Source: Candidatus Levyibacteriota bacterium (GTDB lineage: Bacteria; Patescibacteriota; Microgenomatia; Levybacterales; UBA12049). From it: a stretch of 64,000 nucleotides of DNA. This document shows positions 16,602-26,015 of the stretch, piece after piece (positions within the stretch are counted from its first letter, which is position 1; every line of letters begins with the position of its first letter). Below the pieces are notes generated by a model. The model did not search any database and had not been told where the DNA came from. It saw only the letters and a program-made list of their open reading frames with translations. A program made the position numbers and the translations under genes. The stretch covers positions 231,159 through 295,158 of the forward strand of contig CAWBPM010000002.1 in assembly GCA_963790825.1 (NCBI GenBank). Direction: 5' to 3'.

Positions 16602-17273
16602 ATGGATAATCTTCCCCGATCTCAAAATACTACAGATTTCTCAAAATTAAAAATAATTCTAAGTCTGTTCTGGATTGTGTCTGTTATTTTGTCAGGTTAT
16701 ATCGGATTTTTATATGGACAGGGAAATCAATCCGGTCAGACAAATACAGAAAAAAACGTTCTGTCTTCGACGTCACAAGTTACAGATACACCAAACCCAA
16801 GCCCGCAAAGTTCGTCTGCAGCAGTAAGTGGCACCACACCGACAGTTATAAATAATAATGCCTGCAGTAGATCAGGTCAAGCACAAAAATGGGAGTTTCT
16901 TACTTCTTACGTAGTACAGCAGGATGACACACTTCAAACTATCGCCAGTGAACAGCTTAATGATCCGTCAAGGGTTAATGAAATATTACAAATAAACGGA
17001 GCAGGACCACTGGTTGTCGGTTCGACTTTATACCTGCCGCCTGCCACGATTGCTAAATCATCAGGTAATATTGAACAGGTATACGGTAAGCTGGTGGAAA
17101 AAAATAATCTGTCCTGGCATATAAGCTTTACGAGTGACATTAATGGTCAGGGAATTCTTATACCGTCGTTTTGGTTTGCAGGAATAGCAAATAAAGACAC
17201 ATTTACTGTCGGAGATTGTCTAAAAGTATTATTTGATGATGGTTATAAAGTCTATTCCGTATCTCTTCAATAG
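16602..17273 (+). CDS. Membrane-anchored LysM-domain protein
   Basis: YVVQQDDTLQTIASEQLNDPSRVNEILQINGA...LYLP LysM motif. N-terminal TM helix. Confidence 0.65.
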   Translation: MDNLPRSQNTTDFSKLKIILSLFWIVSVILSGYIGFLYGQGNQSGQTNTEKNVLSSTSQVTDTPNPSPQSSSAAVSGTTPTVINNNACSRSGQAQKWEFLTSYVVQQDDTLQTIASEQLNDPSRVNEILQINGAGPLVVGSTLYLPPATIAKSSGNIEQVYGKLVEKNNLSWHISFTSDINGQGILIPSFWFAGIANKDTFTVGDCLKVLFDDGYKVYSVSLQ

Positions 17274-17386
17274 TGAAATTCCAGCTTCACTGTTAAATAA
17301 ATCAATTCTTCTCCCTACTTTAAGACTCAACTTACCAGAACGGTAGCCAAAAAGTTTTCCAACCTGCAAAGCCGAGTTTGACCCGG

Positions 17387-17458
17387 TGAGCCTGAGAGGG
17401 ATCGAACCTCCAACCAGTTCCTTAAGAGGGAACTGCTCTACCATTGAGCTACAGGCCC
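17387..17458 (-). tRNA. tRNA-Lys (anticodon CTT)
   Basis: Manual cloverleaf: GGGCCUG acceptor, GCTCAATGGTAGAGC D-arm, anticodon loop CUCUUAA, GGTTCGATCC T-arm. Confidence 0.8.
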
Positions 17459-17522
17459 AATAACTAACAACCAATAACTAATAACCATGTGTATTGTAGC
17501 AAATTCAGAAGCCTTTTTCAGC

Positions 17523-18641
17523 TTACTTTGGCTTAGAGAGGATTTCGCGGTATACTTTCTCGTATTCGTCAACCATCCGTTCGACGCTAAAGTATTTCTC
17601 AACATGTTCCCGGCAGTTTTTCCGCATTTGCCGGTATTCCTCTTCCGGCATTGAGTACATCCGCTCTACCGCCTCGCAAAGCCCCTCAATGCCAGTTTTT
17701 TTAACAATATAATCCGTTCTCTGATAGTCGGCTGATTGGTTAACCAGAAACCCGTTGATGCCGTCCTGTATTAACTCGGGCATAGAACCGCGCGCATAGG
17801 CAATCACCGGTGTTCCGCAAGCCATTGCTTCGGCTACCACCAAACCAAACGGTTCTTCCCATTGCACCGGGAATAAAAAGTACCTGGTTGAAGCCAATAA
17901 TTCATTTTTCATCTTAAAACTTAGCTCGCCTACAGTTTCCATCTTTTGACTGGTAGAAATTTTACCCATTACTTCAGCAAAGTAAGCCTCTTCCATGTCG
18001 TCTTTGTCTCCGGCTATCTTCAAAGGTTTGTTATATTTTTCAGCCACATACATAATTTCATCCAGGCCCTTACCTTTAGATATACGCCCCAGGTAAAAAA
18101 GGTAATCATCTTTTGCTGTTTCCTCGAAGGAAAAATCTTTTACCGGAATTCCATTATAAATATTGGTCAGAATTTTTATTTGTTTTGACTCAAGAATATG
18201 CTTCTGATTTAAAGACAGAGAGATTAAGTAATGTCCTTTGACTGTTTTTTTATAAATCTCATTGGCGTAATCCGACAGGGGATTATTATGAAGAGTCGTA
18301 ACAATCGGATTTTCAAATACTTCGCTGAAAAGCAAGGTTCTCCAAACCAGATGGTTTACTATAATGTCCTCCGGGCTGTTAATCAGCTGCCTGATGTGGG
18401 GAATCGCTTTTACTTTTGACAGATCCTTAACTTTTTTGTTCATATCACTGAAAGAGTCCAGATGTTTATCTATTACCGGGATCAGCCGGGCTGAAGTTTT
18501 TGAATCTCCGGAAGCAAGCAATATCACCTCGTGTCCCTTTTTTATAAGACCTTCCGTCAGGTAAGAGACAATTTTATTTACTCCTCCGCCGCCATCGATA
18601 CTGACAGGTTTTGTTAATTCCGCCAAAAATATTAATCTCAT
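17523..18641 (-). CDS. GT4-family glycosyltransferase
   Basis: EEPFGLVVAEAMACGTPVIA...NGFLV motif (GT-B, E-x7-E). Confidence 0.8.
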   Translation of the reverse strand: MRLIFLAELTKPVSIDGGGGVNKIVSYLTEGLIKKGHEVILLASGDSKTSARLIPVIDKHLDSFSDMNKKVKDLSKVKAIPHIRQLINSPEDIIVNHLVWRTLLFSEVFENPIVTTLHNNPLSDYANEIYKKTVKGHYLISLSLNQKHILESKQIKILTNIYNGIPVKDFSFEETAKDDYLFYLGRISKGKGLDEIMYVAEKYNKPLKIAGDKDDMEEAYFAEVMGKISTSQKMETVGELSFKMKNELLASTRYFLFPVQWEEPFGLVVAEAMACGTPVIAYARGSMPELIQDGINGFLVNQSADYQRTDYIVKKTGIEGLCEAVERMYSMPEEEYRQMRKNCREHVEKYFSVERMVDEYEKVYREILSKPK

Positions 18642-19342
18642 AAATTACTGTTTAACCACAATTTTTCTTTTCTCTTTTGCTTTTCCAGCTGTTTCTCATA
18701 ATAAGCTATTTTTTCCTTATCTCCCGATAGTTTATATTTTTTAAGATTATCCAGGATAATTTGTTTATAAATACGTAAATGTTTTTCCTGGACTTGGACC
18801 GATTTCCTGTGATCGATATAGATTTTTTTGTCGTTAATTTGTTTAATATTTTTTAGCCCTTGTACTTTTTCGTGCACTTCATGAATATAATAGCCGTAGC
18901 GTTTAAACAGTACTGTTTTAAATAATGCTTCGACAAACCGTTCATCAGCATAATTATTCCAGATAAACGAATACCCGTCAAAGGCTTTTGATTTGCATAA
19001 CCCAGCCAAACTTTGGCTCAGAGCAGGAGAACATCTCTCGTCCGCATCAAGCATAAAAATCCAATCGTTTTTTGCTTTACTTATGGCGAAATTCCGTTGT
19101 GCGCCATAGTTGCCCTCGAGTAGCCGTTGATAAACCGGAAGATTATTTTTCTTACAAATGTCGAGGGTTTTATCTGTACTAAATCCGTCAATCACGACAA
19201 TCTCCGAAACCCCGGACTTAATAGAATCAATAGCTCCCTGAAGATTGTGTTCTTCGTTAAAAGTTAGAATACAAGCCGAGATCATATTTTTATAGATAAC
19301 CGATTTCTCTTTATTTCCCGTTCCCATTTCCATTATTCCCAT
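18638..19342 (-). CDS. GT2-family glycosyltransferase (GT-A, DxD)
   Basis: SACILTFNEE...VIDGFSTD...LDADE motifs. 4-nt overlap with the downstream GT4 gene. Confidence 0.75.
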   Translation of the reverse strand: MGIMEMGTGNKEKSVIYKNMISACILTFNEEHNLQGAIDSIKSGVSEIVVIDGFSTDKTLDICKKNNLPVYQRLLEGNYGAQRNFAISKAKNDWIFMLDADERCSPALSQSLAGLCKSKAFDGYSFIWNNYADERFVEALFKTVLFKRYGYYIHEVHEKVQGLKNIKQINDKKIYIDHRKSVQVQEKHLRIYKQIILDNLKKYKLSGDKEKIAYYEKQLEKQKRKEKLWLNSNL

Positions 19343-20615
19343 TTTTAAACGGGGTTGGTATTTGCTTTTTCTCTATCAGTATTCTGCCGGTCACGATCTC
19401 GGGATTGAGGTAATTTAACTTACGATAAAGAATGGTTCTATACCTGGTCTCTATGATTTTAGCTGAAAGATCCCAGTGAAACTTTCTTAATACCCGTTTT
19501 CTGCCTGATTCACCCATTTCCAGAGCCAGTTTTTTATTTTGAATAAGACGAACGACATATTTTGCGAAAGAGGGAAGATCATGCTGGTTATTTACCAGGT
19601 AACCATCGACACGGTTACGTACGACAAAGGGAATTCCCCCGATATTTGTCGCCACCACGGGAAGTTTATTGTATAAACCCTCAGCCAGAGTAATTCCGAA
19701 GGCCTCATAGGAAGTCGGAGCTAAAAGTACATTCGCGTTTTTCAGAAAAGTTGTTTTTTCTATGTTATTTAAAAAACCGGCAATAGTTATGTTATTTGCA
19801 ATGCCTATTTTCTTTGCATGATGGAACAATTTAGTAAATGTTTCCTCATTATAATATCCTGCTAGCAGGAGATGGGTATTACTGTCAAGTTTATGGACTA
19901 ATTTGAAAACATCCAGTGCAATCGTGGCTCCTTTCCTTTCGGTTGTCAGTCTGCCAAAGAAAAGAACATATTTCCTGTCTTTGGGTATTTTATATCTTTT
20001 GAGCAGTTTTTCCCATGACATGTGCTTACTTAGTGACGCGCGGTCAATTCCGTTCGGCGCTACGACTACCTTTGCTTTGGGAATTTTTCCCTCTTTAATG
20101 AGTGTCAGCCGTTCTTGTTCGGAGACTGCGAAAATACGATCGCATTCACGAAGCATCATCTTATGAACTGTAAATTGCGTGGCTTTCCAAACGCGCGATT
20201 TCCAAGCTTCCGGATATGACCACCAGGGATGAAAATGAGGAGTATAAAAAACAGGTACCCCAAGAAATTTGGCTGCGATGAGCGATTCCGTATTAACCTG
20301 GTAGTTGAAATGATGAACGTGAATGATATCGGGATTTAATTTAGCCAAATAAACCGCCAGCTTGGGAATTTGCGGATATTCATAAATTAAGCCGGTTAAA
20401 GCGTGGGGAAGTGTTACGACTCTTAAGTTTTTTATATTACGAAATCGGCGAAGAATCAGAGGAGATCCTGACTCGGTATAATCTGAAGAAACAATATAGA
20501 CCTTGTGTCCTTTTTTACACAAGTAACGACTGATTTGCAAAATATGCTCTTCAATTCCCCCTCCATCCAGGATGCGCGGCGTAACCATTGCTATTTTCAT
20601 AGTCTTAGTCGCCAA
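19311..20615 (-). CDS. GT4-family glycosyltransferase
   Basis: YEAFGITLAEGLYNKLPVVATNIGG motif. N-terminal GT-B domain. Confidence 0.8.
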   Translation of the reverse strand: MATKTMKIAMVTPRILDGGGIEEHILQISRYLCKKGHKVYIVSSDYTESGSPLILRRFRNIKNLRVVTLPHALTGLIYEYPQIPKLAVYLAKLNPDIIHVHHFNYQVNTESLIAAKFLGVPVFYTPHFHPWWSYPEAWKSRVWKATQFTVHKMMLRECDRIFAVSEQERLTLIKEGKIPKAKVVVAPNGIDRASLSKHMSWEKLLKRYKIPKDRKYVLFFGRLTTERKGATIALDVFKLVHKLDSNTHLLLAGYYNEETFTKLFHHAKKIGIANNITIAGFLNNIEKTTFLKNANVLLAPTSYEAFGITLAEGLYNKLPVVATNIGGIPFVVRNRVDGYLVNNQHDLPSFAKYVVRLIQNKKLALEMGESGRKRVLRKFHWDLSAKIIETRYRTILYRKLNYLNPEIVTGRILIEKKQIPTPFKNGNNGNGNGK

Positions 20616-20733
20616 TTCTAACTCAATTGTCTGAGTAAGTAAAGCATCTACTATTTATCAGGAAAAGTAAAGTAAGAGAAGAACTAGAGGATGATAAATT
20701 ATTATGTGTTTAACGGCTATATAACCGTGCAAT

Positions 20734-21807
20734 TCATCCTACTCTTTCTTTCTTTCTACAGAACAATACTACCGGAATTGCCAGAGAAGTAGCAGCTACT
20801 ACGATCGCGGCATCTTCGGATACGACCGCTCCAAAATTTGCCTGGTTTATTTCACGGGACAACTCACCCACGCGATCTACGTATTGATGCTGGTTTACGG
20901 GAATTTGTTCTTCAATTCTTTTAATTTGTTTTACCAGGGACTCTGCTTGTTGACCTGTAACTTTAGTGCCTTGGGAAATTTGATCCACAATTCCCATCAG
21001 ATCATCGGCGGACTTCTCATGATTTAAAGAATCTGAACCGGGAAAATCTGACACTGCTGCCTCGATATCCATGACAGCAGAGGTACCATCGTGGCTACTG
21101 GTAAGAGCACTTTGTGCATTATCCAAATTTTCAAAAACATTCTCCGCCAGTTGGGCTGTCATGGGACTGGGTAAGGAAGCTCGCTGATTTGCCAGATTTA
21201 CTGCAGTTTCGTGTGCAAGCATTGTGCCGCCGGTAAGGCTTAGTGCCAAACCGCTTGCAAGCACCACTTTTCCGGGAACACTATGGAGAAGTACATTCGC
21301 AGTTCGTTCCGGTAATGATAGCGTGTCACTCCATGCCTCTCTCCGGCTAAGAGCCCAACTTTTTGCTTTTTCGCAGGCAGCTCGTGTCAGCGATTCTTTA
21401 TTTCTCAACATTATTTCACTGGAAAGTAGGGCTGCCTCAATATTACGCCGATCTACAAAAAGCTTTAATCGCGGTTGTAATGATTCCTGATTATAAAAAT
21501 ATTTAACAACATCTCCTGCCAATCGTGTTTCCCTGGATGTCGGCATTTCAGTGGGTATTTGCAGATATTTCTCTGCTTCCGGCAATCTTTCCCAATCTTC
21601 AGGCTTTGTATTTAGGTAGTTAAGCAAATTTGCGGCATGATATAGTTCTCCAACCTCCGCACCGCTAACACCTTTAAGATGCTTATCCGTTTCAAATAAG
21701 TGAAACAAAACACTGACTGTACTGGTTAACTCAACACTTGTCGGAGGGCGATCTGAAAAACGTTGTTCTTTGTGTCTTCGATTTTTAAAAATTTCACTTT
21801 TACTCAT
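20734..21807 (-). CDS. Hypothetical tail-anchored protein (C-terminal TM), paralog of 21907..22989
   Basis: Shared blocks with its neighbour (FPGS...DLM-I--QIS-G-K-TGQQA-SL--QI---E-QI). C-terminal hydrophobic helix. Locally elevated GC. Confidence 0.5.
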   Translation of the reverse strand: MSKSEIFKNRRHKEQRFSDRPPTSVELTSTVSVLFHLFETDKHLKGVSGAEVGELYHAANLLNYLNTKPEDWERLPEAEKYLQIPTEMPTSRETRLAGDVVKYFYNQESLQPRLKLFVDRRNIEAALLSSEIMLRNKESLTRAACEKAKSWALSRREAWSDTLSLPERTANVLLHSVPGKVVLASGLALSLTGGTMLAHETAVNLANQRASLPSPMTAQLAENVFENLDNAQSALTSSHDGTSAVMDIEAAVSDFPGSDSLNHEKSADDLMGIVDQISQGTKVTGQQAESLVKQIKRIEEQIPVNQHQYVDRVGELSREINQANFGAVVSEDAAIVVAATSLAIPVVLFCRKKERVG

Positions 21808-21906
21808 AATAAGCTTAGAGTATAGCTGAACAGCTACAAAAAGTAAATGAACCTCCTGGTCTTACCGTCGCCTTTCCGTCCTCACTTCAAACCAGAACTG
21901 TAAAAT

Positions 21907-22989
21907 TTATCCGTTTTTTCTTCTTTTTGATTGCGAAAAATCCTTAAGAAAGTCTACGCCTAAAGTTCCTGCCAGAAGCGAAATTAAAAGTAGCCCAAAT
22001 GCCCCCGAATTCGCGTTTAGAATCTGGACATCCAGGTCATATGCCTGACGATAATATGCACTTTGACTGTCTTTGATTTGCTTCTCAACATTTGCAATTT
22101 GGCCCGTAAGAGAAGCTGCTTGTTGACCGGTTATTTTCCCATGCGAAGAAATTTGCCGCTCAATTTGCATAAGATCATTAGTAACCGGGGATGAACCGGG
22201 AAAATTTACAGCTGCGTCCTGAGTAGCAATGCTGGCAAGATCAGCACTGGGATTAAAATTTACAGCCCCACAAGTTTGTGGCTTAAGTGCGCAAACTGCA
22301 CTGTCCAGATCCGCTAGGGCATAGTCTTGGGCAGTTATTGCCGGGGTTATTTGGCTAGCTACTTGATTAATAAGCGTTTGCATATTGTTGCATTCTGCGA
22401 TAGAGCCGTAAAAACTGGCACCTGCTACAATTATGGAGGCAACGGCTCGTTTGGGAGTTATAGACAGAAGCGTCCCCGCCGTTTGTTTGGGAAAATCTAA
22501 GGCCTGTTGTATTCGTTGTCTACGGACTATAGCCGAATTCGCTTTTCTCACCTCTTCCGCTCTTGCCATCTCCTCCTTGACTGACAATTCCTGCTTTCGT
22601 GAGCATAATGCCGCTTCTATATTTTCCCGATCAAAAAGCGGAAAGGCATTAATTTCCGCGTCAGTCGATAAAACATAGCCCAAAACTTTTTCACTGGTTT
22701 TAACCGCTTCAAGCGTCGGATTAATATCAGGAACTTGTATATGCTGTAAATCCGCAGGCAGTCTATGCCATTCCTCGTTTGTTACCGGATATACCCGGTC
22801 AAAAGTTCTGTTCGCCCCGCCATATAATCCTTCCCAGTCCGAAGTTGTAAGGCGTTTATCCGTAGTAAGTAAATTATAATAAGTTCCGACAGCAGTTTCT
22901 AAATCATCCATAGTAGGAAACTTAGAAGAGAGAGAAGGGAAATTTTCACCCGGCTTTAGATTAGGACCGGCGCTTGGTATCTCGACCAT
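21907..22989 (-). CDS. Hypothetical tail-anchored protein, paralog of 20734..21807
   Basis: Same conserved blocks and C-terminal TM. Elevated GC. Confidence 0.5.
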   Translation of the reverse strand: MVEIPSAGPNLKPGENFPSLSSKFPTMDDLETAVGTYYNLLTTDKRLTTSDWEGLYGGANRTFDRVYPVTNEEWHRLPADLQHIQVPDINPTLEAVKTSEKVLGYVLSTDAEINAFPLFDRENIEAALCSRKQELSVKEEMARAEEVRKANSAIVRRQRIQQALDFPKQTAGTLLSITPKRAVASIIVAGASFYGSIAECNNMQTLINQVASQITPAITAQDYALADLDSAVCALKPQTCGAVNFNPSADLASIATQDAAVNFPGSSPVTNDLMQIERQISSHGKITGQQAASLTGQIANVEKQIKDSQSAYYRQAYDLDVQILNANSGAFGLLLISLLAGTLGVDFLKDFSQSKRRKNG

Positions 22990-23051
22990 ATTAAGCCTAA
23001 AGTATACTCGTATTTAAGCTAAAAGTAAACAAACTTTACATCACCAGACAA

Positions 23052-24026
23052 TCATTTGTTGTAAATACCTTTGGCATAATCCGGCAGTCCGCTAGCTATT
23101 TCGCGAAAAATGGCATCTGTAAATGATTTCGGCGTTACTTGTGTGGTTTCCTGAATACGAGCATAGAGATCTTCTATTTTTAACGGTAAGCCAAATTTTA
23201 CCTGTATTGGATTTACCTCCCGGGGATTCAGAGCGGAACGTATGCCTCTCAGCTTAAAAAAATTAGTATCCGGACTCCACACCCGGTACGATCCGTGTGT
23301 ACTGATCGGTATAAGCAAAACTTTATTATTCCTTTTTTTTGCAATTTCCATGATTAATTTAGCCGGTAATAGGCGGTCTTCCTCATGATTTTTATTGCTT
23401 TGTTTTACTGCACCCATACCGCAGATATTATTCCATACCGGATGTTTGGGATCTTTGTTTCTGCCTGCCTGAACCGAACCTTCGGGAAAAAAGAACAAAC
23501 CATAGCCCTCACCTGCGGCATGAAGTAATTGTCGCGCTATACCCAGATTATTTCCTTTCATCTGAAAATCATCATGGTCGCAGCTTCTCACCACGGGAAG
23601 TGTATATAAATTATGCCGTTCAAAATCGGGAGTCAGTAATTTATAAAATACCTCCAGGCCTTTTCCTTGGTCTCCGCGCTTGAGTGATGCTGCGATTGGT
23701 AAATAAAACCCTTTTAAGCCACCCCTGAGTGCCAGTATTTCCGCTTCTACAGCAGCTTCAGGACCGTTCAAATGTGCTTCATGATTCGATATACCAACAG
23801 GAACATATCCTGCTTTGACTGCGGGTTTATATACACCGTCAAATCCTTCTGCAAAGTGAAAGTCTGCTGTTTTTTCCACAAACGAATCCACCCAATCCAA
23901 GTCTGCTAACCTGTTTCCCATTTTTTCCAGACGCTTGTCGGTAAGAATACTGGTTGCTGCCCGCCATTTCCAGTCTACGATTTTTTTGGGCGGATATCTC
24001 TGTTGCGTTTCAATACATGTTGCCAT
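23052..24026 (-). CDS. Putative divergent acyltransferase (LPLAT/PlsC-like)
   Basis: GISNHEAHLNG (NH-x4 motif) and FFFPEGSVQAGR (FPEG-like motif). Weak assignment. Confidence 0.35.
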   Translation of the reverse strand: MATCIETQQRYPPKKIVDWKWRAATSILTDKRLEKMGNRLADLDWVDSFVEKTADFHFAEGFDGVYKPAVKAGYVPVGISNHEAHLNGPEAAVEAEILALRGGLKGFYLPIAASLKRGDQGKGLEVFYKLLTPDFERHNLYTLPVVRSCDHDDFQMKGNNLGIARQLLHAAGEGYGLFFFPEGSVQAGRNKDPKHPVWNNICGMGAVKQSNKNHEEDRLLPAKLIMEIAKKRNNKVLLIPISTHGSYRVWSPDTNFFKLRGIRSALNPREVNPIQVKFGLPLKIEDLYARIQETTQVTPKSFTDAIFREIASGLPDYAKGIYNK

Positions 24027-24105
24027 ACAGTCGAGATTATACTAGATCTTAACCTTCGTTTCCAGACACGGATTATATTTTAACAAGCAAGTTGAAAAGT
24101 GTGTA

Positions 24106-24134
24106 TTGACGATTATTTTTCGTACTACTAAGAT
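24106..24134 (+). promoter_or_regulatory. Sigma-70-like promoter: TTGACG, 17-nt spacer, TAAGAT, ending 6 nt before the ATG at 24141 (probably leaderless)
   Basis: Hexamers and spacing read directly. No SD before the ATG. Confidence 0.3.
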
Positions 24135-24140
24135 ATAAGT

Positions 24141-25997
24141 ATGCCCAAGTTTCATCTCGTTCAGCGAAAGATTAAACTTACTTCCGGTAAAAAATTGAGG
24201 ATAACCAGTATCCTGACACTGCTCTTTTTGCTGGCAATAATTCCCCTGACTGTTTCAATACTTGAAAAACAGCAGGAAATTCGTCAACACGCTGCCACTT
24301 CAACGGGTTGGTGGTTACGGGATATGGGAATGACGGCTGTTACTCATGATACGGTTTGTAATCAGGAAAGCCAAGCAAATATGACACGACTGGTCAGTTA
24401 TATTCCTCAGTTTCACGCTAACTTTGCTTCCGACGATGTGCCGCTCGATGGTTCTGGCAGCTATAATTGCACATTCGGACAGGGAAACGCACCGCTCCAG
24501 CCGTATCAGTATATGCTCAACTGGGCAAATACCATCCACGGGGCAGGACTGCACGTTATTTATCGGGGCAATTGGAATAATTTCGCCGGAGATTATGGAC
24601 AAGCAAAACTTTCATACAGCACCAGCCCTGCCATTTCATATGAATCCCCAGGCGGACTGTCTGCAGTATTAAATGGTACCGATACTACCAGTTATATCGG
24701 AAGAACATATCAATGGATTTTGAATCATCCGGGTATCTTTCAGGATGGCGACGTTTGGGAACCTTTCGGCGAGCCGCAAAATAACGGTATTACCAATGGT
24801 CCGGCAGGTACCTCGGCTGCGAATTGTCCTAAGAGTATTTGTCAATTTCCCTCCACTGCAGCTTTTAATCAGTGGTTAAGTGATTTCAGCCAAGCCGACC
24901 AGACAGCTTTTCGAGCAATTGGTAAAAATGTTACTTCAGGTTGGTTTGGTCTTGCCGGTGATTCATATACTTATGTCACTCCTTTGGCTATGAGCTACAG
25001 CAGCGCCTATAATATGGACCATTTTGCTCAGAGCTACAGCAACTTTACCAGTTTGATTGTGGATAGTCATAATGCGTTTCCCAACCTGCCCATGACTTTG
25101 GAGTGGGGAGATATTAATAGTGCCGACAATACGCCCCAGTTAGTTGCTAATACCACTGATCAGTATCTTGGTTGGCTGGTTCAACAATCCTATGTTAGCG
25201 GGTTTGAATACTGGTACGAATCAGGACAAGGTGCAGGAGCACAGTCTGCAGCAGTAGATTTTAATACCGGTCAAATGACTCCTGCCGGACAGATTGTAGA
25301 GAAATATTTTGCTATGGAAGAAACAAGTACTACTCCGACTCCTACAACTCTTGTGACACCGACATTTACTCCCACCCCAACTCCTAAACCAACCAGTAGT
25401 CCTACTCCATCTGTAATGCCCAGTGCAACTCCGACTCCTACTCCGCTACCGGGTACTACCACTCTCTCCTTCCCGGGTATTCTTCTGCACGGAATAGGCT
25501 CAGCCGGAGACTCGGTTGCCCCGGGAACTTCGGGGAATACAAGTCCTCTGACTCCCAATCGTACACTAAGCGTACAGGTAGTAAACGCAAGTAACGTTCT
25601 TGTTACTACTCTTTCAGGAACAATTACCTATTCTCCCTCCAGCGGGGGATTCTCAGGAAGTGTCAGTCTGGGAAGTACTGTTCCAACCGGTTCCTACTTA
25701 GTAAAGGTAAAGACTGATAAGTACCTGGTAAAACAACTCCCCGGTATTATTACACTTACTCAAGGACAAACTACTACCATTCCCCCTGTTTCTCTTATCG
25801 TAGGAGACATCAATAACGACAATACACTTAATATCCTGGACTACAATATACTCCTTGGTTGCTACTCAGACTTCCTTCCTCCTACCAGTTGTCCCGGAAC
25901 TAACGGAAAAGAGAGTGACCTTAACGATGACGGATCAGTCAATGCCTCTGACTACAACCTCTTCCTGAGAGAACTGTCTGTACAAAGTGGAGAGTAG
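24141..25997 (+). CDS. Secreted putative clan GH-A-like glycoside hydrolase with PT-linker, beta-sandwich and C-terminal dockerin
   Basis: Signal anchor. WEPFGEPQ (NEP-like) motif. C-terminal module identical to the next two genes, with dockerin repeats DINNDNTLNILD / DLNDDGSVNASD. Confidence 0.55.
   Translation: MPKFHLVQRKIKLTSGKKLRITSILTLLFLLAIIPLTVSILEKQQEIRQHAATSTGWWLRDMGMTAVTHDTVCNQESQANMTRLVSYIPQFHANFASDDVPLDGSGSYNCTFGQGNAPLQPYQYMLNWANTIHGAGLHVIYRGNWNNFAGDYGQAKLSYSTSPAISYESPGGLSAVLNGTDTTSYIGRTYQWILNHPGIFQDGDVWEPFGEPQNNGITNGPAGTSAANCPKSICQFPSTAAFNQWLSDFSQADQTAFRAIGKNVTSGWFGLAGDSYTYVTPLAMSYSSAYNMDHFAQSYSNFTSLIVDSHNAFPNLPMTLEWGDINSADNTPQLVANTTDQYLGWLVQQSYVSGFEYWYESGQGAGAQSAAVDFNTGQMTPAGQIVEKYFAMEETSTTPTPTTLVTPTFTPTPTPKPTSSPTPSVMPSATPTPTPLPGTTTLSFPGILLHGIGSAGDSVAPGTSGNTSPLTPNRTLSVQVVNASNVLVTTLSGTITYSPSSGGFSGSVSLGSTVPTGSYLVKVKTDKYLVKQLPGIITLTQGQTTTIPPVSLIVGDINNDNTLNILDYNILLGCYSDFLPPTSCPGTNGKESDLNDDGSVNASDYNLFLRELSVQSGE
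25366..25997. repeat. About 630-nt near-identical repeat, copy 1 (encodes PT-linker, beta-sandwich and dockerin)
   Basis: Direct nucleotide comparison with 27374..27995 and 29086..29715. Confidence 0.85.
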
Positions 25998-26015
25998 TAT
26001 ACTTATTATATATGT

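Noticed and set aside
17229-17474. 81-aa ORF on the minus strand
   Set aside because: It overlaps tRNA-Lys(CTT), so the ORF is spurious.
25271-25558. Antisense ORFs of 86-104 aa (25271..25558, 27308..27622, 29082..29342) inside the repeated PT-linker regions
   Set aside because: They are shadow ORFs of the Pro/Thr-rich coding repeats on the opposite strand. Their Gly/Val-rich low-complexity translations are the complement of PT codons.
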